DNA of 27,999 bases from Vulcanimicrobiota bacterium (GCA_003135555.1 PLCF01000060.1:1-27999); one strand, 5' to 3'. Numbered from the stretch's first letter, positions 1-10,889 are shown. Notes: generated by a model from the letters alone, not told the origin. Made by a program: numbers and translations.

Positions 1-261
1 GGTGACCGTGGGGCCCGTCGAGCCACGAGAAAGCTCGGGCGTGTCGGTGTCAGGCGGGAGGGCGTTCCAGGTCAGCGGTCCGACGATCCCGTCCGCGACG
101 AGGCCGTTACCGCTCTGGAACTGTTTCACGGCCTGTTCCGTCTGTGGGCCGAAGTTGCCGTCGATGGGAAGACCGAGCGACTTGTTCTGCACGAAGATGC
201 GCTGGATCCGCTTGACGTCGGCACCGGTCGAGCCGAGTTGAAGTGTCGGGCCGCTGTTCAT
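1..261 (-). CDS. Peptidoglycan-binding domain protein (PG_binding_1 repeats), N-terminal part; runs off the window edge
   Basis: Not in the ORF track. Manual translation from ATG at 261: MNSGPTLQLGSTGADVKRIQ...IDGNFGPQTEQAVKQFQSGNGLVADGIVGPLTWNAL, the classic LxxGSxGxDV / DGxFGPxT / DGIVGPxTW signature. A second repeat (LSRGSTG) begins at the edge. AAAGGG lies upstream. Confidence 0.85.
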   Translation of the reverse strand, partial: MNSGPTLQLGSTGADVKRIQRIFVQNKSLGLPIDGNFGPQTEQAVKQFQSGNGLVADGIVGPLTWNALPPDTDTPELSRGSTGPTVT

Positions 262-357
262 GATGTACACCCTTTCTCTGGTTGGTACGCCTAGTATTGC
301 AGGCGTTCGATCAGGTTGCCTGCGGGGTAGAGAACCTGCGATGCCAGGAACGCCCGC

Positions 358-1647
358 GTGATCCCTCGCAACGCGACCGCGGTGTTCGTCGGCCGCTGCC
401 GGTCGGGCGCCGCATGGTGCTCGAAAAAGGTTGGTCCCGGCGTCGTCACCGGCGCGGCCGACGACGATCCCTCAGGGATCGCGACGTATGCCATCGCCGG
501 CGCCTCGCTCGGCTACGGGCTGCTGTGGGTCGCGCTCATCACCGCGCCGATGATGATCGTCGTTCAGGAGATGTGTGCGCGGATCGCGATGGTCGGCGGT
601 ACCGGCCTGACCAACGCGATGCGCCGCGTGATGCCGCTGTGGCTGTTGCGCACGCTGGTGTTCCTGGTGGTCGGCGCCAACACGCTCAACATCGCCGCCG
701 ACATCGCGGGGATGTCGTCGGCGGCGGAGCTGGTGACCCACGTCCCCTCGAGCGCCTGGGCGGTCGGACTGGGCGGGTTGCTGATCGTCGTCGAGATCTA
801 TTCTTCGTACCGGCTCTTCGCGTCGATCGTGAAGTGGCTGTGCCTGTCGCTGTTCGCCTACGTCGCGGGTGCGTTCGTCGTGGGCGTGGACTGGCTGTCG
901 GCGCTGCGTCACACGCTGTTGCCGGAAGTGCAGCTCAATCGCGCCTGGATGGCGACCTTCGTCGGCTTTCTCGGCACGACGATCACGCCGTACCTCTTCT
1001 TCTGGCAAGCGGCGCTCGAAGTCGAGGAAGAGCGCGCGATAGGCCGCTCGACGGTGACCCAGCGCCGCGGCGCGACCGAGGCGGAGATCCGCGCGTCGCG
1101 CGCCGACGTGACCTCGGGGATGCTCTTCTCCAACGCGGTCACCTGGTTCATCGTGCTGACGACCGCGGCGACGCTGCACGCACACCACGTGACGATCGTT
1201 ACGGTTCGCGACGCGGCTGCCGCGCTGCAGCCGCTGGCCGGACGCGGCGCCGAGCTGCTCTTCGCGCTGGGCGTCGTCGGCGCCGGACTCCTGGCCGTCC
1301 CGGTATTGGCCGGGTCCTCGGCTTACGCGCTCGCGGAGTCGTTTCGCTGGAAGTCGGGACTCGACGCCAAGCCGTCGTCGGCGCGGGCGTTCTACTCGGT
1401 CATCGCGCTGGGTATCGCGTTCGGCGTGGCCGCCGATCTGCTGCGCGTCGACGCGATCGGGATGCTGTTCTGGTCGGCCGTGGTGAACGGGTTCGTGGCC
1501 GTCCCGCTGCTGATCGGCATCGCGCTCACCGGCAACCATCGCGGGGTCATGGGCCGCTGGCGCAACGGTCGCAGCTCGAACGTGTGGATCGTCGTGACCA
1601 TCGTGCTGATGGCCGCCGCGGCCGTCGGCTTTGTGGTGACCTCCTAG
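358..1647 (+). CDS. NRAMP-family divalent metal (Mn2+/Fe2+) transporter
   Basis: GPGVVTGAADDDPSGIATY, VQEMCARI, GTTITPYLFFWQ and PVLAGS motifs; many hydrophobic helices. Start position uncertain. Confidence 0.88.
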   Translation: MIPRNATAVFVGRCRSGAAWCSKKVGPGVVTGAADDDPSGIATYAIAGASLGYGLLWVALITAPMMIVVQEMCARIAMVGGTGLTNAMRRVMPLWLLRTLVFLVVGANTLNIAADIAGMSSAAELVTHVPSSAWAVGLGGLLIVVEIYSSYRLFASIVKWLCLSLFAYVAGAFVVGVDWLSALRHTLLPEVQLNRAWMATFVGFLGTTITPYLFFWQAALEVEEERAIGRSTVTQRRGATEAEIRASRADVTSGMLFSNAVTWFIVLTTAATLHAHHVTIVTVRDAAAALQPLAGRGAELLFALGVVGAGLLAVPVLAGSSAYALAESFRWKSGLDAKPSSARAFYSVIALGIAFGVAADLLRVDAIGMLFWSAVVNGFVAVPLLIGIALTGNHRGVMGRWRNGRSSNVWIVVTIVLMAAAAVGFVVTS

Positions 1648-4295
1648 CCCGTGACGCGCAAGCCCGCGGCGATGCCGTTGATCGATAGGCGGATCGCGTC
1701 GCGCAGCCGTGGATCGCGCTCACCGGGCGCGCGATAGGCACGCAGCAGCCGCAGCTGCAGGAACGAAATCGGGTCGACGTACGGGTTGCGCAGCTCGATG
1801 CTGCGTGCCAGCGTGGGATCGCCGGCAAGCAGGCGGTCACGCTGCACGACGCGCAGCAGCGCGGCGACGGTCCGCGCGTGCTCGGCCAGGATGCGCGGCA
1901 CGAAGCGGGCCCGCAAGGCGTCATCGGCGACCAGCTCGCGGGCATACCGCTCGAAGATGGTCAGGTCGGCGACCGCGAGCGCGCGCTCGACGCTGCGCAG
2001 CAGGATCGCGAAGAACGGCACGTCGCGCGCCATCGCCTGGAGCGTCGCCACATCGGGGCCGGCCGCTTCGACAGCCGAACCGAAGCCGTACCACCCCGGG
2101 AGCATCCCGCGCGTCTGCGCCCAGCCGAACGACCAGGGGATCGCGCGCAAGTCTTCGATCGAACGGGGTCCGCCGCGCCGGCCGGGGCGCGAACTGATCT
2201 GCAGCTCGCCGATCTCGTCGACCGGCGTGCAGGCGGCGAAGAAGGTCAGGAATTGCGGCTCGTCCACCAGCGCGGCGTACGCCGCGTACGCCGACGCGCC
2301 GAGCCGGTCGAGCACCGCGTACCAGGCCGGCTCGGTTGCCGGCGGCGGCTCCGGCGGCGCCGCGAGCACCGCGGTGACGGCGAGCTCGAGGTTGCGGCGC
2401 GCTAGCGACGGCAACCCGTAGCGCGCGCCGATCACCTCGCCTTGCTCGGTCACCTTGAAGCGGCCGGTGCGCGTCTGCGGCGGCTGCGCGGCGATCGCCT
2501 CGCGCGCGTCGGCGGCGCCGCGGCCGACCGACCCGCCGCGGCCGTGAAAGAACCGCACGGCGACGCCGTGGCGCGCCGCGACCGCGTCGACGGCGAGCTG
2601 CGCGCGGTAGAGCGACCACGAGCTCGAGACGATTCCGGCGACCTTGGTGGTGTCGGAATAGCCAAGCATGATCTCCCACACCGCGCCGCAGCTCGCGACG
2701 TGTGCGCGAAACGGCGCGACCGCGAGCAGCTCGTCGCACAGCTGCGCGCCCTGCGCCAGCGCCGACGGGCTTTCGAGCAGCGGCACGATCTGCGCCGGAC
2801 CCGCGTCGAGCGCGCCGGTCGCGCGCGCGAGCACGTGCAGCGCGAGCACGTCGAAGCGTGATTCGGTTCCGGCCAGGATCAACGACGTGACGCTGTCGGC
2901 GCCCCGGCGCAGACGCAGCTCGGCGACGGCACGCAGTGACGCGAGCACGTCTTCGCTGGGAGCGGACAGCGCGGTCGCCCGCGGCAGCAACGGGCGCAAC
3001 GACGTCAGCTCGCGGTCGAACCAAGCCAGCCGGGCCGCATCGTCGCGCCGCGCGAGCGGCGGCAAGCCGGGCTCGACCGCGGCCACGACCTCGTCGAGCG
3101 CGGCGACGACGCGATCGCGATGCTGGCGCCACTCCAGCGCGCACAGCCGGAACCCGAAGACGTCGACGGCGCGCACGAGGCGCCGCACCGGACGGGCGAC
3201 GTCGTCGCCGCTGCCGGCGCGCACGCTCGCCTCGATCAGCGCCAGATCGGCACGCAGCTCCGCCGGACCGGCGTAGCCGCCCGCTGAGTCGCTCGCGGTG
3301 AGCCGCAGGCGACGGTGCACGAAGGCCAGCTTGCGGCGATACGGCTCCGCCTCTTGGCGGGCGCCGATGGCGTAGCGGACGTCGGGCAACTCGGTCGCGT
3401 CGCGTTCGACCGACGCGATCAGCTCGGGCGAGGCGTGACCCCGGATCGTGTCCTGCGACAGGCGCGTCTGCAGCGCCTCGACCGCTTCGAGGTAGCGCAC
3501 CAAGACGAACCGGCGCGCCTGTTCGTGCGCACCGGCGATCGCCTCGGGCCCGACGTTGGCGTTGCCGTCACGGTCGCCGCCGATCCAGCTGCCGAAGTGC
3601 AGAAACGTCGCGATGTCCCGGCCCAGCCGGCGCTCCAAGCGTTCGAAGAGCAGCGTCGTCTCGTCGAAGATCGACTCGCGAAAGCGCGCCACCAGGTTAC
3701 GAACCTCGTCTTGGACGCTGGGCGGCGTGCCGTAGAGCTCGTTGGTCTGCCAAAACAGCACGATCTGCGCGCGCAGCTCGGCCTCGATCGCCGCGGACTC
3801 CTCGCCGGTGAGCACCCGCTCGTCGAGCGCGCGCAACAACTCCGCCGTGGCGGCGAGCTTCTCGCTCGTCGTGCGCCGCAGCACCTCGGTCGGATGGGCC
3901 GTGAAGACCAGCTCGATCTCCAGGCCGTCGATCCGTGCCGCCGCATCGGGTGCCAGCGTCTCGAGCGAGCCGCGCAGCGGCTCTTCACCCTGCAGCGCGC
4001 GCTCGCGCCGGCGCCGCTCGCGGTGCAGCTGCTCGGCCAGGTTGACCATCTGGAAGTACAGGTTGAACGCGCGGATGACCTCGACCGCGTCGTCTGTGCC
4101 GAGCTCGTCGAGCAGCGCGTCGATCGCCGCATCGGGCGAGGCGCCGAGCTCTTTGCGCCGGCTGCGGGTCAGCGTGCGTAGCCGTTCGACCCGCTCGAAG
4201 GTGCCGGCACGCGCGTGCGAGCGCAGCACGTCGCCGACGAGCCGGCCTAGGAGCGCGACGCGCGCGCGAAGCGGTGCGGCGGAGTCCCGTTCGAT
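1644..4295 (-). CDS. ppc: Phosphoenolpyruvate carboxylase
   Basis: VFTAHPTE, GSWIGGDRDGN, IMLGYSD, FHGRGGSVGRG, TEQGE, LRAIPW, LRNPYVDP and GIAAGLRVTG motifs. The open frame extends 22 codons upstream of the track start (4229) with PEPC-like APLRARVALLGRLVGDVLR; the true start is unclear. Confidence 0.95.
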   Translation of the reverse strand: MERDSAAPLRARVALLGRLVGDVLRSHARAGTFERVERLRTLTRSRRKELGASPDAAIDALLDELGTDDAVEVIRAFNLYFQMVNLAEQLHRERRRRERALQGEEPLRGSLETLAPDAAARIDGLEIELVFTAHPTEVLRRTTSEKLAATAELLRALDERVLTGEESAAIEAELRAQIVLFWQTNELYGTPPSVQDEVRNLVARFRESIFDETTLLFERLERRLGRDIATFLHFGSWIGGDRDGNANVGPEAIAGAHEQARRFVLVRYLEAVEALQTRLSQDTIRGHASPELIASVERDATELPDVRYAIGARQEAEPYRRKLAFVHRRLRLTASDSAGGYAGPAELRADLALIEASVRAGSGDDVARPVRRLVRAVDVFGFRLCALEWRQHRDRVVAALDEVVAAVEPGLPPLARRDDAARLAWFDRELTSLRPLLPRATALSAPSEDVLASLRAVAELRLRRGADSVTSLILAGTESRFDVLALHVLARATGALDAGPAQIVPLLESPSALAQGAQLCDELLAVAPFRAHVASCGAVWEIMLGYSDTTKVAGIVSSSWSLYRAQLAVDAVAARHGVAVRFFHGRGGSVGRGAADAREAIAAQPPQTRTGRFKVTEQGEVIGARYGLPSLARRNLELAVTAVLAAPPEPPPATEPAWYAVLDRLGASAYAAYAALVDEPQFLTFFAACTPVDEIGELQISSRPGRRGGPRSIEDLRAIPWSFGWAQTRGMLPGWYGFGSAVEAAGPDVATLQAMARDVPFFAILLRSVERALAVADLTIFERYARELVADDALRARFVPRILAEHARTVAALLRVVQRDRLLAGDPTLARSIELRNPYVDPISFLQLRLLRAYRAPGERDPRLRDAIRLSINGIAAGLRVTG

Positions 4296-4342
4296 GCAAC
4301 GGCATACGGGGGCCGGATGCCGTCTCCTCGTACGTAGCGGCG

Positions 4343-4951
4343 GTGCGGATTCAAATCGGCGTGATGGGCTCGGCCGGCGGCATCATCACCACAGACCAGC
4401 TGGGACTCGCGCAGCGGGTAGGGCGCCGGATCGCTGAGCGCGATTGCGTGATCGTGACCGGCGCGTGCCCGGGGCTGCCGCACGCTGCCGTGCTGGGCGC
4501 GCACGAGGTGGGCGGCGAGAGCCTGGGCGTCTCACCGGCGCGCTCGCGCGAGGAGCAGGTCGCGGTTTTCCAGTCGCCGCTGGAGCCCTACTCAGCGATC
4601 GTCTTCACGGGCTCGGGGCTCATGGGGCGCGAGGTGCACAACATCCATAGCTCGGACTTTGTGCTGTTCGTCGGCGGGCGCAGCGGGACGCTGGGCGAGT
4701 TCTGCATCGCCTACGACGAGGGCAAGCTCATCGGCGTGCTGCGCGACTCGGGCGGCATCTCCAACGACTTCGCCGCGATCGCGAAGCTGGTGCAGAAGGC
4801 GACGGGCGCCGCGATCGTCGAGGACGACGATCCCCAACGCCTCGTCGATCTCTGCCTGGAGCGCTACCTGCGCGAAGATCGCCCCAGCAGCGTCGCGATG
4901 GCCACGCAGGTGGCGCACACGAAAGTCGTCACGGAGGAGACCGGTGGCTGA
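4343..4951 (+). CDS. LOG/SLOG family protein (TIGR00725-like nucleotide-binding protein)
   Basis: IGVMGS...IVTGACPGLPHAAVLGA...GVSP...GGRSGTLGE signature. GTG at 4343 is the likely start. Confidence 0.85.
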   Translation: MRIQIGVMGSAGGIITTDQLGLAQRVGRRIAERDCVIVTGACPGLPHAAVLGAHEVGGESLGVSPARSREEQVAVFQSPLEPYSAIVFTGSGLMGREVHNIHSSDFVLFVGGRSGTLGEFCIAYDEGKLIGVLRDSGGISNDFAAIAKLVQKATGAAIVEDDDPQRLVDLCLERYLREDRPSSVAMATQVAHTKVVTEETGG

Positions 4952-6293
4952 GCTCACCTTCGTCGGCGCCGCCGGCACGGTCACCGGGAGCAAACATCTG
5001 CTGACCGTCGGCGGAAAGCATCTGTACATCGACTGCGGGATGTTCCAAGGCACGCGCCAGACGCAGGCGCTCAACGACGCGCCGCTGCCGATCGCGCCGG
5101 CGCAAACCGACGCGATCGTCATCACGCATGGTCACATCGATCACGTCGGCTACCTGCCCAAGATCGTGCACGACGGCTACGGCGGGCCGATCTACTGCAC
5201 GCCGGCGACGGCCGGGCTGATCGAGATCGTGCTCGAGGATGCCGCGCACTTGCAGCAGTACCTTTCACGCCGCGGCTACCAGCACGAGCTGCACGCGCCA
5301 CCGCCGTTCTACGACGATGCGGACGTGCAGGCGACGCTCAAGCTGCTGCACACGATCGCGCTCGAAACCGACTTCGACGTCTGTGGCACGGCGATGCGCT
5401 ATCGCAACGCCGCGCACATCCTGGGCTCGGCCTTCGTCGACGCGCACGTCGAGGGCCGGCGCGTGATCTTCTCGGGCGACCTGGGCCGCTACGGGCGCCC
5501 GCTGCTGTACGATCCCACCCCGCTCGAGACCGCCGACGTCGTCGTGTGCGAGACGACCTACGGCGACCGCCTCCATCCGCCCGACGCCCTGGGCGACTTC
5601 GAGAAGATCCTGCTCGACGGAATCGCACGCGGCGGGGCGATCGTGATTCCGGCGTTCGCGGTCGAACGGACGCAAGACATCCTGTACTCGATCGGGGTCC
5701 TGCAAGGACGTCACGCCGAGCTGGCCCGCACGCCGGTCCACGTCGACAGCCCGATGGCGATCAAGGTCGACGCGCTGTTCGCACGCTATCCCGATGCGCA
5801 CAAACCGTTCATCGACACGCCGGCACAGCCGTTCGGCTGCAGCGACGTGACCGTGCACGTGACGACCGAGGAGTCCAAGCAACTCAACGATCTGGCCGGC
5901 CCGGCGATCATCATCGCGGCAAGCGGGATGGCCAGCGGCGGGCGCATCCTGCACCACCTGCACAATCACATCCCCGACCCCACGGCGACGATCGTCTTCG
6001 CCGGCTTTCAGGGACCCGGCACGCTCGGCAACATCCTCGTGCACGGCGCGTCCACGGTGCGCATCTTCGGCGACACGCTCGAGGTGCGCGCGACGATCGT
6101 CAATCCCAGCGGTTACAGCGCGCACGCCGATCAGGCGGAGCTGCTGCGCTGGCTGGGCACGCTCACCACCAAGCCGCGCCTCTACGCCGTACACGGCGAG
6201 CCGGCCGCGGCCGAGGTGTTCGCGACAATGGTCCAGATGAAGCTCGGCTTCGACGCGAGCGTAGCCGAACGCGGCACGACCGTGACGCTGTGA
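4944..6293 (+). CDS. Metallo-beta-lactamase fold / beta-CASP RNA-processing hydrolase
   Basis: GAAGTVTGS, DCGMFQG, THGHIDHVG, HILGS, FSGDLG, ETTYGDR, PAFAVERTQ, SGMASGGRI, YSAHADQ and VHGE motifs. GGAGGA RBS before GTG 4944; overlaps the LOG stop. Confidence 0.93.
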   Translation: MAELTFVGAAGTVTGSKHLLTVGGKHLYIDCGMFQGTRQTQALNDAPLPIAPAQTDAIVITHGHIDHVGYLPKIVHDGYGGPIYCTPATAGLIEIVLEDAAHLQQYLSRRGYQHELHAPPPFYDDADVQATLKLLHTIALETDFDVCGTAMRYRNAAHILGSAFVDAHVEGRRVIFSGDLGRYGRPLLYDPTPLETADVVVCETTYGDRLHPPDALGDFEKILLDGIARGGAIVIPAFAVERTQDILYSIGVLQGRHAELARTPVHVDSPMAIKVDALFARYPDAHKPFIDTPAQPFGCSDVTVHVTTEESKQLNDLAGPAIIIAASGMASGGRILHHLHNHIPDPTATIVFAGFQGPGTLGNILVHGASTVRIFGDTLEVRATIVNPSGYSAHADQAELLRWLGTLTTKPRLYAVHGEPAAAEVFATMVQMKLGFDASVAERGTTVTL

Positions 6294-6303
6294 GACGAGG
6301 CGC

Positions 6304-6939
6304 GTGAAGGCCGTGTTCGGCGGAGCGTTTTGGGACGAGCTCTACCGCTCGCGCCGCACGGTCTGGTCGGGTGAGCCCAACCCGCAGTTGGTCGCTGAGG
6401 TCTCCGGGCTCACCCCGGGTACCGCGCTCGACGTCGGTTGCGGGGAAGGCGCGGACGCGATTTGGCTGGCCGCGCGCGGCTGGCACGTCACAGCAGCCGA
6501 CATTTCTTCCGTTGCGCTGGAGCGCGCGCGGGCAGTTGCAATCAGCCCCGAAATTGCGTCGCGCATCGAGTGGCTGCACATCGACCTCGTCGCCGCGGCG
6601 GCGCCAGGGGAACCCTACGACCTGGTGTCCGCGCACTTCGTGCAGCTGCCGCCGGCGCAACGCGAATCGCTGTTCCGCCGCCTCGCCGCTTCCGTCAAAC
6701 AAGGAGGCTCGCTGCTCGTCGTCGGCCACCATCCGTCGGACCTTCAGACAACGGTGAAGCGCCCTCCGCTGCCCGAGCTCTTCTACACCGCCGCCGACAT
6801 CGCGGCCTTACTCGAGCCGAACGACTGGGACATCATCGTCGAAGCCTCCCGCGGGCGCAGCGCCACCGACCCCGCGAACCGGACCGTCACCGTGCATGAC
6901 ACCGTCCTGCGCGCGCGCCGCCGCGCACGATCGAGCTAG
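6304..6939 (+). CDS. Class I SAM-dependent methyltransferase
   Basis: FWDELY...WSGEPN...ALDVGCGEGADAIWLA...VTAADIS (motif I). Confidence 0.9.
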   Translation: MKAVFGGAFWDELYRSRRTVWSGEPNPQLVAEVSGLTPGTALDVGCGEGADAIWLAARGWHVTAADISSVALERARAVAISPEIASRIEWLHIDLVAAAAPGEPYDLVSAHFVQLPPAQRESLFRRLAASVKQGGSLLVVGHHPSDLQTTVKRPPLPELFYTAADIAALLEPNDWDIIVEASRGRSATDPANRTVTVHDTVLRARRRARSS

Positions 6940-8291
6940 CCGCCCAGCCACACGTAGCGCGCGACGAGCAGCGCGGCGACGGCGTACAAGAGCGGGTCGA
7001 CTTCCCGGCCGCGGCCGCTGAGCAGCTTGATCGCGGCATACGAGATCACGCCGAAGCTCACGCCGTTGGCGATCGAGAACGTCAGCGGCATCGTGACGAT
7101 CGTCAGGAACACCGGGATCGACACCGCGTAGTCGTCCCAATCGACGTTGCGCAGCCCTTCGAGCATAAGCGCGCCGACGACGATGAGCGCCGGCGCGGTC
7201 GCCGCTGTCGGGATCACGCTTGCCAGCGGCCACAACAACGTGGAGAGCAAGAACAGCAGCGCGACCGCCAGCGCGGTCAGGCCGGTTCGGCCGCCCTCGG
7301 CGATCCCGCTGGCGCTCTCGATGTAGGCGGTCGTCGTGCTGGTCCCCAGGACCGCGCCGCACATCGCCGCTAAGCCGTCGGAGGCGAAGGTGCGGCGTGC
7401 GCGCGGCAAGTCGCCGTGCGCGTCGAGGTAGCCGGCGCGGCTCGCGAGTCCAACCAGCGTCCCTGTGGCGTCGAAGAAGTCGACGAAGAAAAACGTAAAG
7501 ACAACCGCGGCGGCGCCCAGGGCCAGCGCGCCGCGGATATCGAGCGCGCCGATCAGGCCGCTCGGCCACACGGGCGGCGCGACGATGCCGTCGGGAAACC
7601 CGCCGAACGCGACCAGCGTTCCGTGGGGTCCGGGATAGAGCGGCGCGTGGGTGAGGATGCCCAGGACGGTCGACGCGACGATTCCGTACACGATCGCGCC
7701 CGGCACGCGGCGCACCAGCAGCGTCGCCGTCACCAGCAGTCCAAACAGCGCAACGAGCACCGGCGGTGACAGGAGCGATCCCAGCGTGACCAGCGTCGCC
7801 GGGTTGGCGACGATCGCTCCGGCGTTCTTGAGGCCGATGAAGGCCAGGAACATGCCGATCCCCGCGGTGACGGCGAACTTGAGCGCGTTGGGGATCGCGC
7901 GCACGACCGCTTGGCGTACGCCGACCACCGAAAGCAGCACGAAGAGCAGGCCCGAGATGAACACCGCGCCCAGCGCCGTCTGCCACGGGATCTTCTGCCC
8001 GAGCACGACGGTGTAGGCGAAGTACGCGTTGAGTCCCATCCCGGGCGCCTGCGCGAAGGGATAGCGTGCGACGAGCGCCATGAGCAGGCTGCCGATCGCG
8101 GCCGCCAGCGCGGTGACGATCAGCAGCTTCGCGAAACCGTTGGGGACGACGATCGCGCTGCCCAGCACCTGCGGGTTGACGAACAGCACGTAGGACATCG
8201 TCAGAAACGTGGTGAGACCGGCGCGCAGCTCGCGCGGGATCGTCGAGCCCGAACGCGCGATGCCGAAGTAGCGTTCCAGCGCCTCGCTCAC
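6936..8291 (-). CDS. NCS2/AzgA-family nucleobase permease (PbuG-like)
   Basis: ELRAGLTTFLTMSYVLFVNP, APGMGLNAYF, FFDATGTL, YIESASG..EGGRTGLT and MPLTFSIANG motifs. GTG 8291 overlaps the GNAT stop (GTGA). Confidence 0.93.
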   Translation of the reverse strand: MSEALERYFGIARSGSTIPRELRAGLTTFLTMSYVLFVNPQVLGSAIVVPNGFAKLLIVTALAAAIGSLLMALVARYPFAQAPGMGLNAYFAYTVVLGQKIPWQTALGAVFISGLLFVLLSVVGVRQAVVRAIPNALKFAVTAGIGMFLAFIGLKNAGAIVANPATLVTLGSLLSPPVLVALFGLLVTATLLVRRVPGAIVYGIVASTVLGILTHAPLYPGPHGTLVAFGGFPDGIVAPPVWPSGLIGALDIRGALALGAAAVVFTFFFVDFFDATGTLVGLASRAGYLDAHGDLPRARRTFASDGLAAMCGAVLGTSTTTAYIESASGIAEGGRTGLTALAVALLFLLSTLLWPLASVIPTAATAPALIVVGALMLEGLRNVDWDDYAVSIPVFLTIVTMPLTFSIANGVSFGVISYAAIKLLSGRGREVDPLLYAVAALLVARYVWLGG

Positions 8292-8791
8292 AGCGCGATC
8301 TGCCACAAGATCAAGTCGCCGTCTTCGGGATCGCTGCGCGTCCCGGCGCGCGCGAAACCGTTGCGCTCCAGCACCCGCTGCGAAGCGACGTTGTCGGTGA
8401 CGGTCTCGGCCAGCACGACGCGCACGCCGTCCCGCCGAGCAGCCGCGAGCATCGCCGCAACGGCGCGCCCGGCGTGGCCGCGACGTCGCCGCGTCGCCGC
8501 GATCCCGTAGCCGATTTCGACGATGCCGCTGCCCGTCGGGGGGTGTTTGTAGCCGCACAGACCGACGACCTCACCGCTCGCTACCACCATCCAGGCACCG
8601 CGGCAACCCGAGCCGCGCAGCCGCGCGGCGATGGCGCGCACGTGCTCGAGCACGATCGGGTCATCGACGCCGCCCGGCGGCAGCGCGTAGCCGCCCGCGA
8701 GCGAAACGCCGCGGAGCATCGCCGCGAAATCGGCGTCCGCGACGTCGACGATCGCCGTCGCGGTGGGGTCGTACTCGCCCGGCACGCTCAT
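8288..8791 (-). CDS. GNAT N-acetyltransferase (RimJ/RimL-like)
   Basis: VVGLCGYK...VEIGYGIA...RRRGHA...NVASQRVLERNGF. Start placed at ATG 8791. Confidence 0.85.
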   Translation of the reverse strand: MSVPGEYDPTATAIVDVADADFAAMLRGVSLAGGYALPPGGVDDPIVLEHVRAIAARLRGSGCRGAWMVVASGEVVGLCGYKHPPTGSGIVEIGYGIAATRRRRGHAGRAVAAMLAAARRDGVRVVLAETVTDNVASQRVLERNGFARAGTRSDPEDGDLILWQIAL

Positions 8792-8842
8792 CCCGGTAGA
8801 AATACTGACGCCGGGGCGGGAGCCCTGTGCTAGGTTGACGGC

Positions 8843-9337
8843 ATGGACGAGACGCCGCGGAAACGCATCGGACGACACCTCGCGATCGGCTGTTTTGGGA
8901 CCCTGGCGATCGCCGTCATCGCGGTCGCGTACGCATGGCATGCCGCAAGCGAACGGGACCGCATCGCGTGCGGCGAGCCGGATCCGCCCAGCGCCGCGCA
9001 GCGGATCGCCGCCGAACGGGACCGCGCCGATCTCCAGCGCGAGCTCGACACGAACCCGCTCGAATATTATGGCCTCAACCCGATCCACGCGCGCGTCGTA
9101 CGGGTCGCCGGACACCGCGCCTATCTCGTCGGCGGCGTGAGTGCGGCGCGGCACGCCCCGGGGTATACGCCGCTCCTCGAACGGTACAAGTATTTATCCG
9201 CGTGGATCCACGTGTTTCGGCGGAATCACCCGGCCGAGGACGGGCGCGCGTCGATAACCGTCACCGCCCCCGAAGCACCCGGGGGGCCCGCCGCGGAGCA
9301 GGCCTACGCCGAGTGCGAGCCCTGGGTCACGCTGTAG
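8843..9337 (+). CDS. Hypothetical protein with N-terminal membrane anchor
   Basis: ATG ORF filling the gap between neighbours; hydrophobic segment LAIGCFGTLAIAVIAVAYAW; no family recognised. Confidence 0.55.
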   Translation: MDETPRKRIGRHLAIGCFGTLAIAVIAVAYAWHAASERDRIACGEPDPPSAAQRIAAERDRADLQRELDTNPLEYYGLNPIHARVVRVAGHRAYLVGGVSAARHAPGYTPLLERYKYLSAWIHVFRRNHPAEDGRASITVTAPEAPGGPAAEQAYAECEPWVTL

Positions 9338-9343
9338 CCGCCG

Positions 9344-10048
9344 CTACGGCATCTGCGTCTGGCGGATCGCTTGCGCCCACTTGTCGCCGTCGACGCCTTG
9401 GGATACCGCTTCGAACTCGCGATAGAGCCGAACGGGATCGCGCATTTCACGGATCGTTCCGGTCCAGCTCGCCGACGGCGGCAGCACGAGGTTACCGTAA
9501 CCGAACATCCGTCCGAAGACGCCCTGCCACATCGTCGTCCCCGCCAGCGCAGTGTTGCCCAGCGGCGTGACGCGACGCCCGAAGAGCCCCTCGACTACGA
9601 AAACGCGGCGGTTCGTCGTCACGACGCGAAAGCCGAAGTAGCGGATGATGCGGCCGGCCAACGCGAAGCCCTCACGCAGCACGAGCAGCGCGGCGATGAC
9701 GAGCGTCGCGGTCCGCGCGATGCCGGTCAGCAAGGGCACGGTGATGTGATGGCCGCGCACGATCGGGTGGACGTCCCAGCCCAGCAGCGTTATCAGCACG
9801 ATCAGGATCACGACGACGTGGATCAGCGGCCGCACGAAGATCACCGGATGCGGCGAGCTGGCAAACGTTACGGCCTCCGTCGGCAGCAGCATCCCGGCCA
9901 GCTCCGCCGGCGCAGCCACCGTCACGACCGCGGCTTGCGCCGATATGCGCTGCATCGCGCGAGTGTCGTCCAAGAGCTCACCGTTAGCAGGCGTAACCGC
10001 GCCCGTACGGGCCGCCAGTTCGCTCGCAGGTTGATCCTCAGGTCGCAT
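9344..10048 (-). CDS. Bacterial PH-domain (bPH_2/YdbS-like) membrane protein
   Basis: Two TM segments followed by VVTTNRRVFVVEGLFGR...QGVFGRMFGYGNL. Confidence 0.75.
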   Translation of the reverse strand: MRPEDQPASELAARTGAVTPANGELLDDTRAMQRISAQAAVVTVAAPAELAGMLLPTEAVTFASSPHPVIFVRPLIHVVVILIVLITLLGWDVHPIVRGHHITVPLLTGIARTATLVIAALLVLREGFALAGRIIRYFGFRVVTTNRRVFVVEGLFGRRVTPLGNTALAGTTMWQGVFGRMFGYGNLVLPPSASWTGTIREMRDPVRLYREFEAVSQGVDGDKWAQAIRQTQMP

Positions 10049-10249
10049 GCGTCATCCCTTGAGTGCGGAGAGCAAGCCCTTCCCCGTTGCGCGCCGCTAT
10101 CACTGCCGGAGCAAGTAAAGCGGTCGGTCGGCGTCGAGCGCGCATCGTGATGCGATGACCCCGTGGCTCAGCCTTTTACCAACTTTAGTGGGTACGTGCA
10201 GCGAAAGAGCCTCGGAATCACCACCCACCGCCATCATAAAGGTATCCCC

Positions 10250-10810
<561 letters not shown>

Positions 10811-10848
10811 CGGCTAACGCCGGATAGTCCCGAACAACACGGAAACAC

Positions 10849-10886
10849 GCAACATCCCAGCGGCGAAGGCGTCGTTGGGATGTTGC
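10849..10886. terminator. Hairpin between convergent genes, probable intrinsic terminator
   Basis: gcaacatccca...tgggatgttgc 11-bp stem; on the minus strand it is followed by gtgtttcc, just after the DUF5069 stop. Confidence 0.6.
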
Positions 10887-10889
10887 ACG

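Noticed and set aside
282..440. Programmed frameshift at the NRAMP 5' end (MVLEK then VGPG across GAAAAAG)
   Set aside because: An in-frame GTG at 358 exists. It cannot be distinguished from a variable N-terminus or a homopolymer error without alignments.
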